Below, piece by piece: positions 22,855 to 35,108 of a DNA stretch of 59,740 bases. The notes under the pieces were generated by a model that worked only from the letters and a program-made list of their open reading frames with translations, was not told the origin of the DNA and ran no database searches. Numbering within the stretch: position 1 is the stretch's first letter; the number at the start of each line of letters is the position of its first letter. A program made the position numbers and the translations under genes. The stretch is from NCBI GenBank assembly GCA_003693705.1, contig RBZT01000583.1:1-59740 (forward strand), in the 5' to 3' direction. Origin of the DNA: Polymyxa betae A26-41 (lineage: Eukaryota; Protista; Endomyxa: Phytomyxea).

Positions 22855-24462
22855 ATGACGGCATCCGATGTCGAGCAATCTGATTCTGCCAGGACGCAGC
22901 CAGATCCTGATTGGATTGGGTGGGGTCCAAAACCATTGCAGGTTTCAACTTCAGGATTGACTAAGGAGGAAATTCAATGGTGTCTTGATGGTTTTCGCAA
23001 ATACTCATCTGATTACTATAAAATCAAGAGGAAATATCCTTTCCGAATTGGGATTACTACTGCCCGAATTCGATCGCTACTTGGTCGTGTAGAACGGCTG
23101 CAATTGACCTATCAACAGAAAAAACGTAACATGTTATCTGATGAACAATGTGAGTTCCAGTTGGTTGACCATTTCTACTAGACAATTACTAACTGCATTC
23201 AGTAATAGATTGGCTTTCTGAACCTCGAATCCGTTGGACAGATGAGGAAACTGTTGCTTTGAGAGAGGCCGTTAATATATATGGCCGGGAATGGCGAAAA
23301 ATCGAAACAAAATCGCAGGGTACCCTGTTAGAGAGATTTGATAATGTCCAGCTCCAGAGACGATGGGAGCATGTTTGGTAAGTCATTAAATCCATACTAA
23401 TCACTATATGTAATTTGATGGTGGTTTAGCAAATGGGATACAAGAAAGAAGATACCTGTTAAGCAGTTCATTATCCTCGATGTGGTTGATGAATTTGGCA
23501 ATCCTTATACTGTTCGTGAGCGATATGCTAATGATGCAGCTCGTAAAGCAGCTCCGTTAGGATTCGAACTATTACGTGTTCAAGAGAAAGGGGATGATAA
23601 GGTATCGAAGGGTTTGGTTTCATAGTTCATTTTGTTTGCATCGAAAGTTTTTAAGATTCCAATGCTTTCATTGCGTTTTTCTCACAGTAGGGCTCTCTTT
23701 TTATAGGTTTATGCCTACAAAATATTCCGATTGGGCCATGGAGGCGTAATGAGGATTTCTATAGAGGATCCAAAGAATCCTGATTATAGCTGCTTTGAAG
23801 ACGAAATTCAAAATTGCTCTAAAGAGGAAATCGCTGTAACAGCAAATGGTCACAATCTTCAAGCACGAAATGAGCGAATGCTTTTACGTGAAGTGAAAAG
23901 CGAGCACATCGGACACGACAAGAACATTGCCGAACCAATAGACGCCGACCTCGTAACTTGGACTCATGGACGAGGTGTTGATGGTGGTTACTTTGATGCC
24001 GCTGAAATGGTTGCTGCTGAAATTGTTGCCGCCGAAGCGAAAAATTTCATAAATGTTGCTGGTGACCGCGAAGATGACAATGCCAAATCTTGCTCACCAA
24101 AACAATCTCTTGTTGAGAATGTTTCCCAATCTGAGTTGCAAGCCGATATTTCCGCTGAAAATGATGCAAATGAAGAATCCAAGCCTATCCATCTACTCAG
24201 AGATATTGTAGAAAATACAGACGCCGGTCATGCCTCTGAACCAGAACCCGAACGCATTGCAGAATCCGCAAATGAACAGACGGAACCATCAACAAAGTTT
24301 GAGCATGAAGAACAGAAACCATCACTCAAGGCTGTGAGAAAGCGGTTACGAGACGAGTTACGAGCTTTGAAAGCCATTCACCCTACAAGTTCTGAGGAGA
24401 AGAAAAAACTGAAGATTCAAAAAGAGGAAGTGAAAAGACAACTTCAACAATACCAGGAATAA
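22855..24462 (+). CDS. Two Myb/SANT-like repeats + MC1-like domain + acidic region and basic tail, 4 exons
   Basis: LTKEEIQWCLDGFRKYSSDYYKI and RIRWTDEETVALREAVNIYGREWRKI...QLQRRWEHV. Exon 23430-23601 spliced to 23707 gives KQFIILDVVDEFGNPYTVRERYANDAARKAAPLGFELLRVQEKGDDKVYAYKI. Confidence 0.75.
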
Positions 24463-24920
24463 TGAGTGTCAGGTGGTGACATGATATTCCAAACATTTAT
24501 TACTTATTTATTGATACATCTTTATATATATCTGTATACGGTAGCTTAGATCATAGATGTGAGATTTTAACAGTTATTGATAAGCACAGCCAGAAAATCT
24601 GATTCATTTGAATCCAACTGCTACGACTTCTCACATTATGAATTTAGACCGGAAACCATGATCATTGATCCATAGCATATTTCCCAATATTGGTACCTCA
24701 CTATCCTATCCTTTTGATGAAAACCCGAAAACCGCTCACAATCTCGATGCGCTAGTTGCAGAAATCTATAGGCAGGCAACAGTTCCAATCCAAGATGGAA
24801 AGCGAGGAGAAATAGAGCCCTTGTAAATGGCAGGAATTATTAGATGCTTCTGAATGGGAATACTACTGGGGGGGGGGCTGTGCCAGTACGGCATAACCCG
24901 AGATCTGATAATAAGCTGTC

Positions 24921-26335
24921 ATGTCGGGTGATGTTGGTATGAACCAATTCACACTCGTATTAAGCTTTGATCTGATTATTCATAGGCAATGCATTTGAAC
25001 GGCTCAGGCGCCTTCTTCCTAAGATCAAATATCATGGATCTATGGATCAGGCAATGGCTATGGCTGGAGCACCTGAAATCCTCCTTCCATTACTGCATTA
25101 TATCTTTCTCGGCTACAGTCGCGACGTCGCCAAATTTGTTTCAAATGCTGGGTAATTTATATTTGGTTTATTTCCATGCTGTTTAGAGCAGTTGTTTCCA
25201 TTTATGAATGTTTCCACAGAATTCTGGTAAACCTCTGATTTGTTTTGAGCTCTGAGTCTAATTTTACAAATCGCATTTTCCATTGATTACTTTCAAACAG
25301 ATATGAGTTAATGGGAAGATCCGATATGCAGTTTGTTTCTGATTGCTTTCGGATGCTATCTGATCTATTCGCATACAATCCCAGCATCTCGTCAAAACAA
25401 TTCCTTGCCCGAGGTTTCGCTGAACGCAAGCTGCACATGATGTGTGATGTTGTTCTACTCGTGATAGAAAAGAAGAAGCGCTTAGCACCGGTCCAGCATT
25501 CCTCAGCAGTTCGACGATCTTCGATTCCTCCCGTCTCCGTTGTACGAACGGTTGTGAGCGCCTCAGATTCGGAATCGTCTCCTTCGCCTCGAATTTCGGC
25601 TCCACCTGTTCCGACAGCTAAACTGCCTTTAACACCAGCCGATACTTCTATGGATATTATTTCCAAATTGTCAGAGCGCATGGCTTCACTGGAGACTACT
25701 ATCCGATCTATGAATGATACAATGGCTGCCCGTATCACCATCATCGAGGGAAAGATTCGATATTTAGAACAGAAATTGAAGTCGCAAGAACCTATTGACA
25801 GAGAAGAACAAGAGAAATATCGCGAAGATCAAAGCAATAGCAACTCTTCGACTGGAAATCAACCACGAGGCCAGCTGGAGCCAAATGAATCGAAGGAGAA
25901 GAGTATTGGTCGTACAGAAGGGTAAGATATCATTATCTCTTTTATTATCATTTTCTAACACTTTGTATTCAGAGCGCAAATTCAGGTAACATCTTCTGGC
26001 GCTAAAGAGGATCGTGATAGTAGCAGTAGCTCAATTCCCATGACATTTGCTGATAGGTAGATATCTGCATTCCTGAATGGAGCCAGATTTACTCAATTTC
26101 TTTAGACTGAACGCATTCGGTTCTGGTGAGTCGCTGAAAAATGCCTTTTCGGTGCTGTCTCAGGTAGTTTTATCAAATGTGAATCGCTTCTTCTTAAAAT
26201 CATTTGTAGACACCGGATTCAACATTCGTGCAAAATCTACTGACCAGAGTGGAGCAGACCGACCTCCTGTTCTCATCACAACTTCGCCCATTCGAGTCTA
26301 ACAACAATGGCGCTTCTTCTGGCTCTTCTAATTAA
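24921..26335 (+). CDS. CEP44: Centrosomal protein CEP44, multi-exon
   Basis: Spliced MSGDVGNAFERLRRLLPKIKY...GAPEILLPLLHYIFLGYSRDVA...YELMGRSDMQFV...YNPSISSKQFLARGFAERKL. 3' end approximate. Confidence 0.88.
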
Positions 26336-26529
26336 ATTCCTAATTGTGCTTTAATCTTCACAAAAGATGATAATAGGACGAATACTGCAATGTAAGATGA
26401 CTTGATTGCATCTATGGGTCTGTCGTCGGCAAATTTCTGTGCTTTTGATGAATACATCATACATTCGATTAATTATTTTTACCGAAATCCCTGCCTGGTC
26501 AGACTGGTCTGCCTGGCAAGTCTGACTCA

Positions 26530-26557
26530 CGGTAAAAAAATCGCAGTTATTTTACCG
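26530..26557. repeat. 11-6-11 imperfect palindrome, putative recombinase core site
   Basis: CGGTAAAAAAA-TCGCAG-TTATTTTACCG; arms are 10/11 complementary and the spacer recurs at 28898-28903. Confidence 0.65.
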
Positions 26558-26766
26558 TCTGTAAAATAACTCTAGTTATTTTTGCCAGCTCTCGGAATCT
26601 ACAGTTATCCATAGACAGGAGCCGATTTAATGCATGCGTGAAAGCGACCGACCAGTCGCCCTGACGATTGCGATATAGATTATAAACCTGTATAGCATTG
26701 GATGTATGTAAGCCTGCCTCAAGCAAGGGCGGCATATATTAGGTGATTAATTTTGGGGCTGTTTAT

Positions 26767-28830
26767 TTAACCACGATTTTGCGCTTTGAGAAATTTTTCA
26801 AGAGCGGATATGTTTTTTTTCTGCTCGAAATATTGGTCCATCAAGTCCAGAGCATCACGCTCTTGGAACGTTGCCGAAATAAGAGATTCAGTGTGGGCGA
26901 CCAGAAACTTGATTCTGGAAAAGTACTTTTGATCAGCTGAGCTCCAACCGACGCGCCATTTCCCTTTCGTATGTACTTCAAGCTGCTTTATACCTCCAGC
27001 AACACAAGAGGCGTTGCAATCAGGAGAAAACTCGCCGATTCCATTCCACTCATTCCATATGGAGCGCATAGATCGATGACCCCTAAACGGTACGTAGTCG
27101 CTCTGGTCTGTTGATTCTGGAACCGGCACTAAGCTTGTCGGCGTGGCGCTTAGCGAACCATGACGAAGCTCAAACTGGCCGATATGGTGGATGAAACCTT
27201 GTAGTTGCGAAGTTGTGACGGTTCGTCCCAGACGATCTGTGGCGCTATCTAATTTTTCCGATAAAACACTGAGATGCCCTCCAATATCTTTATGGACCTG
27301 ATCGATTTTATCCTGAACACCAGGTAGCACTGATTCGATACTTGCTTCGAACGGACTAACAGTAGTCGACAAATATGCTTTCATAGAATCACAAAACTCA
27401 GCAAATAAAGGCGAATTAAACACGGGAAGGCTGAACAAGAAATGGTCTCGTCCGAGAAGCTTCATCATAGCTACATCTTGGAGGATAACGGATCTCATAC
27501 GAATCAACATGGTCAGAAAAGCCATCGCAGTCGGGTGCCGGCCTACATTTCGTTCTAGTTCCGCGTCGACAAATGGGAACACAGATCTGGCCAATTCTTC
27601 GGGCGGCTGCACACCCGATCGCGGAAGGTAATACATCCCTTTCTTGCGATCATGACCAGCCATGATTCGTAATGCTTGCAGTGGTAATTTCGCCGAATAC
27701 CGATCGTCTTGGGTGTCTGGATTCCAGTTTCCTAAATTCTTGATCAGTGAGGAATCCATTTCTTCCAGCTCTGCTTTCACAGCTCCAACTGATCTTCCGA
27801 AATGGACGAAGTGTTTCGACACGACGCCAAGCTTCTTGCAGGTCGAACGCATGGCTTTGGCATATGTCTGATTGTTAACGCTGACAGTATTGTCAGCAGA
27901 AGACGACTCAATTAAAAGCTTGACCCCAAACCAACTGTCGTTCGAAGAGAAATCCAAGACCTCGCCCGAAATGTGGAATCTGGCGAGCAGATAAAAGCCC
28001 AGTGCTCCGACAGCACAGAGAGTGACGTCCTTGTGCCGCACGACACGTCCATAGAGAGTTTTTAGACCGTTTGTCTTTCCGATCGCGATCCGCATTACTA
28101 GAATATGACATAAATGGGGACCGTCATCAGGCTTCATCAAATCGCAAAGATCAGAAAGCTCACAGTTAAACAAGCTTTCTCCTCGAAGAATACCACCGTT
28201 AGTCATCAGGAAGCAGAACCTGTCCCGGAGAGCACCTTGGCAGAACTTCCTTGAGAATGCATGCCTTCCAAACAGCTCTTTCTCTATCAAAGGTACTTTT
28301 TCTACCAGCAGGTAAGGTAAAAATTCAGACTGCAGCTTTTCCTCGAAGTTCATTCTGTGAACGGTCACCTTCCGAGTCTTGACTGTAGCCAGCAGCCTTT
28401 GTACACGTTCAGACCGGATCTGGTCCTTAGTCAGGTTGTTAGCGTTCATATCAACCTGCTTCTTCCAAATTTTTAGAACCGAGCACAGATACTGGTTGAC
28501 GATATCGTAGGCAACCGGCTTTTCATGGTAGTTGTCGCACTCCATAACCGAACGAAAGTGGTCAGCGTCAAATATTGCATCCTCGTCGTTTCGACGCTTC
28601 CTGCCACGTTTTCTGGAAGGTCTATAAGCTTGGTAATAAAGGAAGCCGAAAACCTTCTCTTCAGTGACAGTTGTCGGGAAGTCGTGGCTGGCATACATCT
28701 CGTTGCAAAACGCAAGGAACTCCTGACCTTTACGATCATAAGCAAGCCTTGTATTTTTACGAGTAAACTGCTCTTCATGATCAAGTATTCGCTGAGCCTG
28801 AGCTGCGAATGGGCCAGTAGTGAAGGCCAT
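26767..28830 (-). CDS. Crypton tyrosine recombinase (Ndc10 domain II-like + GCR1_C domain), first ATG at 28830
   Basis: Catalytic set: R (ILRGES), K (GKTNG), HxxR (HFGR), W (LGNW), Y (DDRYSAKLP). C-terminal IWNEW...GGIKQLE...KWR...QKYFSR is GCR1_C-like. No stops or introns. Confidence 0.92.
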   Translation of the reverse strand: MAFTTGPFAAQAQRILDHEEQFTRKNTRLAYDRKGQEFLAFCNEMYASHDFPTTVTEEKVFGFLYYQAYRPSRKRGRKRRNDEDAIFDADHFRSVMECDNYHEKPVAYDIVNQYLCSVLKIWKKQVDMNANNLTKDQIRSERVQRLLATVKTRKVTVHRMNFEEKLQSEFLPYLLVEKVPLIEKELFGRHAFSRKFCQGALRDRFCFLMTNGGILRGESLFNCELSDLCDLMKPDDGPHLCHILVMRIAIGKTNGLKTLYGRVVRHKDVTLCAVGALGFYLLARFHISGEVLDFSSNDSWFGVKLLIESSSADNTVSVNNQTYAKAMRSTCKKLGVVSKHFVHFGRSVGAVKAELEEMDSSLIKNLGNWNPDTQDDRYSAKLPLQALRIMAGHDRKKGMYYLPRSGVQPPEELARSVFPFVDAELERNVGRHPTAMAFLTMLIRMRSVILQDVAMMKLLGRDHFLFSLPVFNSPLFAEFCDSMKAYLSTTVSPFEASIESVLPGVQDKIDQVHKDIGGHLSVLSEKLDSATDRLGRTVTTSQLQGFIHHIGQFELRHGSLSATPTSLVPVPESTDQSDYVPFRGHRSMRSIWNEWNGIGEFSPDCNASCVAGGIKQLEVHTKGKWRVGWSSADQKYFSRIKFLVAHTESLISATFQERDALDLMDQYFEQKKNISALEKFLKAQNRG

Positions 28831-30000
28831 TCCTCTACCGATCTGTATGGACAGATGTTTGTCTGCCACCCAATGAGCGACTGTCTACGAACAGTGGTCG
28901 CAGTTATTTTTGCGTAGTCAGATTGCCATATTAATGTGAGTCAGACTCCTTATATATATACGATAAATAATCTCTAATTATGTTTGTAAACACTACAGTA
29001 CGGCCTGAGCTGACCAACATGATCGTTATTGATCACAACTTTCTCGCTTATCTGCTGTTTTTTGTTGTTGCATTCCTGGATTGTACCAGACCATTCATTT
29101 CAAGTTCAACACTCTTCTCGTATATATAAAAGATATCGAATATGGAATAAGTAGTTCAAAAAAATTAGCCTAATGCATGTCAACAAGGATGAGAAACTGC
29201 ATTGTCCAGCGGAATAGGTTTACGATAAGATGGAGCTGCAACGAGCAGTAGGCTCATCTGGGTTCTTGACGTAATTCAACTCAGCGCATGCTCATGATTT
29301 ATTTCTTATTGAGACTGAAGACAAGTAAAAGTCTGTAAAACCAAACTATGACAGCAAATGCTAAATTGCAATTCGGGCAATTCAAGAGCATTCTTGTAAA
29401 ACCATTGTACCAAATTAATGATAAAAACATCTCTTTCATATAAAGATAAACCATGTTTATAAGAACACTCTAAATATATTTAAAAGGACGTTTTAGGGTT
29501 CATTGCTGATGAGAACTAGCGGATACTAACTGTAATAACAAATTCTCATTTTGGTGTAGGACTCTGAAATCAGGTCAAAGTATTACTTTAAAAATCGGGG
29601 TTCGAGCTTATCAATAATTGTGATAAAATAAATGAGAGGTTGGTGGAAACTGGAAACTGGATCCAGAATGGGCGACAACTTCGTAAATCCACCGACTTCA
29701 ATATCTATTTTGAACATTGCAACTCTGTAACAAAGCGAGAATTAAACATGGGATTTTATTTTTTTTTATTCAGGAACCATCCACACTCCACAGAATGAAG
29801 GTTTTTTCTGATAAAATGGATTTTCTAAGATACTGTAGCCAGTAAATGCAACTGCAATTTCGACTTCCCTTTCTCTTAACTGAATATGAAGCACTAAGAA
29901 TAAACTGCATCTATAATGATATGAGCCAGCGACAGAGAAAAACAATATCGATTAACACTTTAGCGCTCGTCAATCAAATTCATAGGATCGTCTATGCTCA

Positions 30001-31056
30001 ATGTTGTTTTTGAGGTTATGCGGACGAATACAGAAACTAACAAGACCAGCTCCCATCTCATCATGGCGTCGACATCTGTCAGGACTGCCACCATCTTTTC
30101 CTAGAAATGGCCAATCGAAGCTGGTCATCTGGGGTATCCTGGGCGTTAATGCGGCTGTGTTTGCCAAATGGAATCTCATTCATTCATATCGGGAGCTACA
30201 TCATATGACAGATAATTGGACAACATCTGTTGGTAATCTCATTAATCATCCTTGGACTCTGGTATCACTTCTCTTTTTGTCTATAATCATATGGAAAATC
30301 TATATTATATACTTCATTTGAGCTTATCTTTGCAAATCATTGCTCTGCTTCTGTTTAATATACAAAGGCACAGTTGCTGTCCTTTTGTTGGGTTTCACTT
30401 TAATAACATCAATGTGGTTTATATCTTAATTCTTCAAAGATATCGCCCCGGTTTCAATTACAGTCACCTTCATATTCAATGTGTTTTATTCTGATTTCGT
30501 ATTAAACTAAGTGCATGCTAAGGTGACAGCTGCTTTCTCTCATCAACAACCAATTCATTTAATATTCAATATGTTGGTGTTCTATTCTTTTGCTCCACCT
30601 CTGGTAAATGTACTCTTCATCAATGAATATACCTCACTGATCTTTAACAGTTATCCTTACTGGGTGCACCTCGATTTCTCGGTTTTTATTGTTCTGGAGC
30701 GGTCGTTGCCAGTTTCGCCCATATCGCTTATTGTTTTGTCACACGAAGAGATTCACATTCTCTTGGAGCTAGTGGTGCTATCAACAGGCAATGATTTTAC
30801 GATCAAAAACTATTGCTCTATCTAACCGATGTCATTTAGCATGATGGTGACCTTCGCATTGCTTTTTCCTCATTCTGAATTTCTAATCTTTGGTATGTTA
30901 CCAGTTCCAGCATTAATCTGGGTTACTGGTTTAGCTACATACGAAATTGTGTTCTTGGGTGATAAGTCCACAACTGATAGAGCTGGACATCTTGGGGGTC
31001 TAGCCTTTGGTGCCGCCTATTACTTCCTTCGTCTACGTCGCTTTCGCCGGTTTTAA
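30001..31056 (+). CDS. Rhomboid protease, PARL/Pcp1-like (probably mitochondrial), multi-exon
   Basis: Arg-rich N-terminal presequence, PWTLVTAAFSHQQPIHLIFNM, catalytic LGASGA and DRAGHLGGLAFG. Confidence 0.9.
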
Positions 31057-32047
31057 TCCCGCTCAGCAGTTAAAGTGAAATATTTGTCAATGAGCAGTGT
31101 ATGGGCAATATACTGGAAATACTGTTTACAGATAAACTACTGTTTTAAGGACTGCATGGCGCCGATCTCATTGACAAACAGCTCGATGCTGGAGAATCGG
31201 CCCTGTGCCTGTGGATTATCTCTGGGCCTTAATTTCTGCAGAAGGCCATATAATGCTGCCTCCGACATTGCAGATCGCTTATCATAGTGATTCATACTGA
31301 GTACCAATGTAAGAGCTGACACCAAAAGCTGATATAAATGTGAATTGGTTGGAATCTACAGTATTCAGATTCACATTAAGGATGGCATTGATTCGTGCTT
31401 CTTACATTGTAGTTAAGATCGGCGCTGATTGACATTAATAAATGATGAGCTGTATCTCGTAATGAAAAAGTATTGAGCATGGCGTGCAGTATTTGTTCAG
31501 GGTTGATTTGGGTCGAAACTGTACTATACGGCTGAGTAGTAACGTCTCGCAGAGAATTAATCGTGGATGCGATGGAATTCGGTCCGATTTAGGTCATACT
31601 GTACAGAAGAAAAAAGTGCGCCATAACATTTTATGTTTCAATGTTGCTGTCTATCTGAACCCGGTTGCAAGTGATACAGTTCAAATAACGAAAAATGAGG
31701 TTTTATCAATTCTAAAGATGCGATCTATACTTCATGCAAGCTTGATTTATACGTTCCAAAACTCATTTTTTGAGACTTACGCTCCTCTAAAAGAGCAGGT
31801 CTGTACTCAAGTCCTCAACGCGACCATCGTCATCTCAGAACTAAAAGAAATCGGAGTATCAATGGGATGCTAAATGTATCTGTATCGAATCGACTCTTTG
31901 ATTTTATTTAATCTTCGGTAATGTAACAGAACAGAGGTGGCTGCGCCGCAGGAGGTTGTCTCTCGGTTACTGTTAGATAGAGCTTTTCATTGTTGTGGTT
32001 ACTTGCTGGGGTTCTGCTTAGCACAGGTTCCCATTTTGTAATCTGGT

Positions 32048-34090
32048 ATGGTCGTTCTATCAGCAGCTGTCATCACCAGAAATGGCAAAGGTACACAAGT
32101 CGTGTTTTTGGTCGACCTGTCCAGACTGAGCCAGAATTGCAACAGTTCTGGTCGCGCGTCAGTTTATGTCCATGACAAAGTTAAGAATAGAGGGCCTTTT
32201 GTCTGCCTTTCCGAAATTGGTTTCATCTGGAGGTGAACATACATTCATCGAAACTGAGAACGTCCGGTACTTGTACCAGCCTTTAGAACAGCTTTATGTG
32301 GTGCTGATCACCAACAAACAATCCAACATTATGGAAGATTTAGAATCACTTCGTCTTGTTGCCAGGCTGGTTCGAAATGAGGATATTTCTTCATGTGCAG
32401 CACTTAGATGCCGTGTAGGTTCCCGAATTTTGCCATGGTCATGATGAAGCTGCTGTTACATCCAATGCTTTTCAGCTCGTTTTTGCTTTAGATGAAGTTA
32501 TCTCAGTTGGATATAGGGAAAATATCTCAATTCAACAGGTGGCTCTAGTTTATGATTACATATTTATTAGTTAAACCGAAATTTAGGTTCGCACATTCAC
32601 AGAGATGGATTCTCATGAGGCAAAGCTTCAGAAAATCATAAAAGGTGGAAGAATTTCCCATTGGACTTCTTAAATTTATTTTTATGATAGCTTCCAAGGA
32701 AGATGATGCCCGAGTCAAATCACGCCAGATGGCCAAAGAAATTGAGCAGCGCAAACAGAAAATGCACAATTTACAGATGGGCAGTCAAGGTCCACAGACT
32801 ACTTCGTTGTCTAATCACTATGGATCCGATTATGCAAGCAGCAGTACAAACCCTATAGAGTCAGCGAATCGATTATGGTTTCTTTCCTTATGCTGACTGC
32901 TTCAAGCTATTCTGCAGGATATGAATCGACACCGGCCAGTACGGCATCGTATCATGCTCAGACTCGCCATGATGCTTCGACGAGGGCTCAACGCGAACAA
33001 CAGGTTCATATCAACGTTCGGAAGGCACGACGTTGTCTAAGAATTCATAGGGCATTGTTGGTTTGAAATTAGGACGACCCGCTCGGCAAGGAGACCAGTT
33101 TTTACAGCAATTAGCAAATGAGGAGAATATTGCTATTCCAACTGCAGCCACCACTCCGCTACCTGCTGCATCTACACCAACGTTCGTATCGCAAACTCCT
33201 CATGAGATTGTGCAAGGTGTTCTTGTCACTGTTGAAGAAGTTGTTACAATCTTATGTGAACGTGACGGTCTGTCGATAATCTTTTCCGTCTGGCAGAGTG
33301 TTTAAGGTTGCTTAGGCGCTCTGTCTCAGCTTGACGCTGTCGGTACAGTGAAACTGACGATTGGAAATCCGGATTACTCTCGCATTCGCTTACAAGTTGC
33401 TGGGTTAGATGCTGCGCCAAAAGGCACCAGATTCCAACCTCATCCAAAAATTGACAAAGCGGCTTGGATGCAGGTAACCTATTGAATCAAGCAAGTTTCT
33501 GTTACTCATCAAATTTGCAGAATCAAACGTTGAGCTTGAAAGAAGGAGACAAAGGATTTCCTATTGGTTCGGGCAATGCCGCGCCAATCCTGAAATGGAA
33601 GTTGTCTTCAAATGATCCAAACCTGTGTCCCTTACAAGTTACGTTCTGGCCCTCACAAGAGAACGGTCGAACAAGCATCACTGCTGAGTATCAGGCTGAA
33701 TCAGACAGGCTGACTCTAAATAACGTTGTTATTCGAATTCCTTCGCCTAAACCTGAAGGTTCGTTTTTAGTCATTAGTTTAAGATCAGTTTGAAATTGAA
33801 CAAAATTCTGATTTTTAGTATCTCAATGCGACGGAAGATATGTCTATGACGCTCCATCACGGACACTATCATGGCAAATTGGCGACGTCGAACCTGGTTC
33901 GACGGGTACAATCGAATGGAAGACTGATCCCATGGACGCTGATGGGTTCTTTCCGCTCTCGGTCACATTCGTATCCACATCTACTATTGTTGGTGTTGGA
34001 ATTTCTGCTATAACAAATGCAGAATCAGGTGCATCTATTGAGTTTGAAAAGCGCAGTGCACTGGATATTCAGTCGTTCACTCTCCAATAA
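32048..34090 (+). CDS. ARCN1: Coatomer subunit delta (delta-COP), multi-exon
   Basis: [79 protein letters not shown], and a C-terminal mu-homology domain ([10 protein letters not shown]). Confidence 0.95.
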
Positions 34091-34221
34091 ATATTAATAT
34101 CTTTTTAAATTTGAAGAGCATACCAATCCAACAGAGTTAAATCCAATTCAAATTGCTGGTTCCATCATAATTTATGCCTGGCTCAGCGTCTTTCAGAATT
34201 TCTGATGCCAGACCCTGAAAA

Positions 34222-35108
34222 TTATGATAATTCATGCAGCTCTAGCTCTTCTAAATGTTGTGTAAGAGCATTTATCTTGCCATCTTTCAACTCAAGTAGC
34301 TGCTCAAGTTTCTCAACCTAACGATAATTCACGGTTTCTGTGATATTCAAAGTCTTTTTATTTACCTTAGCGGCTAAAATCTCAATGGTCTGTTGAGACC
34401 TGGCCAGACGTAGGTCTTTCTCTTGAAGCAATCTCCTCAGCTCAGCATCATCATCAACATCATCGGTATTAACTTGATCTGACAATGGTTTGGCCACTCT
34501 ACAGTCAAACGGTTCTGATATAGCCGAATGAGATTCTGGTTCATGTGCTCCAGGATGCATCTCTTCTGGCGCTCGAGATGGTTTGCAAGTCACTTTCTTC
34601 AGCCGTTTAGTTTCGTACTCGCCCATCTAGCGACGATCAGGAAGGATGGTTTCCAAACTCATAAAATGGCATCACTCACTTTTTGCCGAATGGTTAAAAG
34701 AACTCGCTCAATAGCCAATCTTCGAACATTAACAACGGCGTCAACATCTTCGGGACAGATACAGAATCTCATTACTCGGAAAACACGTTCTAGTTAAAAA
34801 CTTTAAGATTACTCGATCAGCAACAATGCTGCCTATACTATTCAAAGTTGACCAGTTATACGCTTTTCTGGCAACTGCATTAGTCGGTGTATAATTGTGC
34901 ATGTCGACCAGGCGCGGGTAGAAGTGCTGGATGATTTCGGCGACCAGCACTTCAAAAGAATCAGATTAGGTTTACTTGGGCTTTATCTAATCCAGAATCG
35001 CTGACCTCCGTCACTAAAATCGCGTCCAATATTGCGTTTCGGGCGTGATAGCGGAATCTGATCCACCCAGCAATAGAGATCCTGTAGGATCTCATCCGAT
35101 AAATCCAT
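34222..35108 (-). CDS. SPEF1: Sperm flagellar protein 1 (CH domain + coiled coil), multi-exon
   Basis: LYCWVDQIPLSRPKRNIGRDFSDG-VLVAEIIQHFYPRLVDMHNY...NWSTLN and C-terminal QTIEILAAKVEKLEQLLELKDGKI. Confidence 0.92.

Larger units (their letters stand above)
26471..28947 (-). mobile_element. Crypton (tyrosine-recombinase DNA transposon), apparently intact; probable crossover limits 26541-28903
   Basis: Intact YR ORF flanked by TCGCAGTTATTTT direct repeats (26541-26553, 28898-28910) and a 12-bp inverted repeat AGTCTGACTCAC (26519-26530) / GTGAGTCAGACT (28936-28947). Confidence 0.85.

Noticed and set aside
24868-24877. G10 homopolymer upstream of CEP44
   Set aside because: Isolated run with no supporting structure.
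31137-31900. Possible minus-strand hypothetical gene between rhomboid and delta-COP
   Set aside because: Exon-like pieces exist, but there is no start, family or reliable structure.
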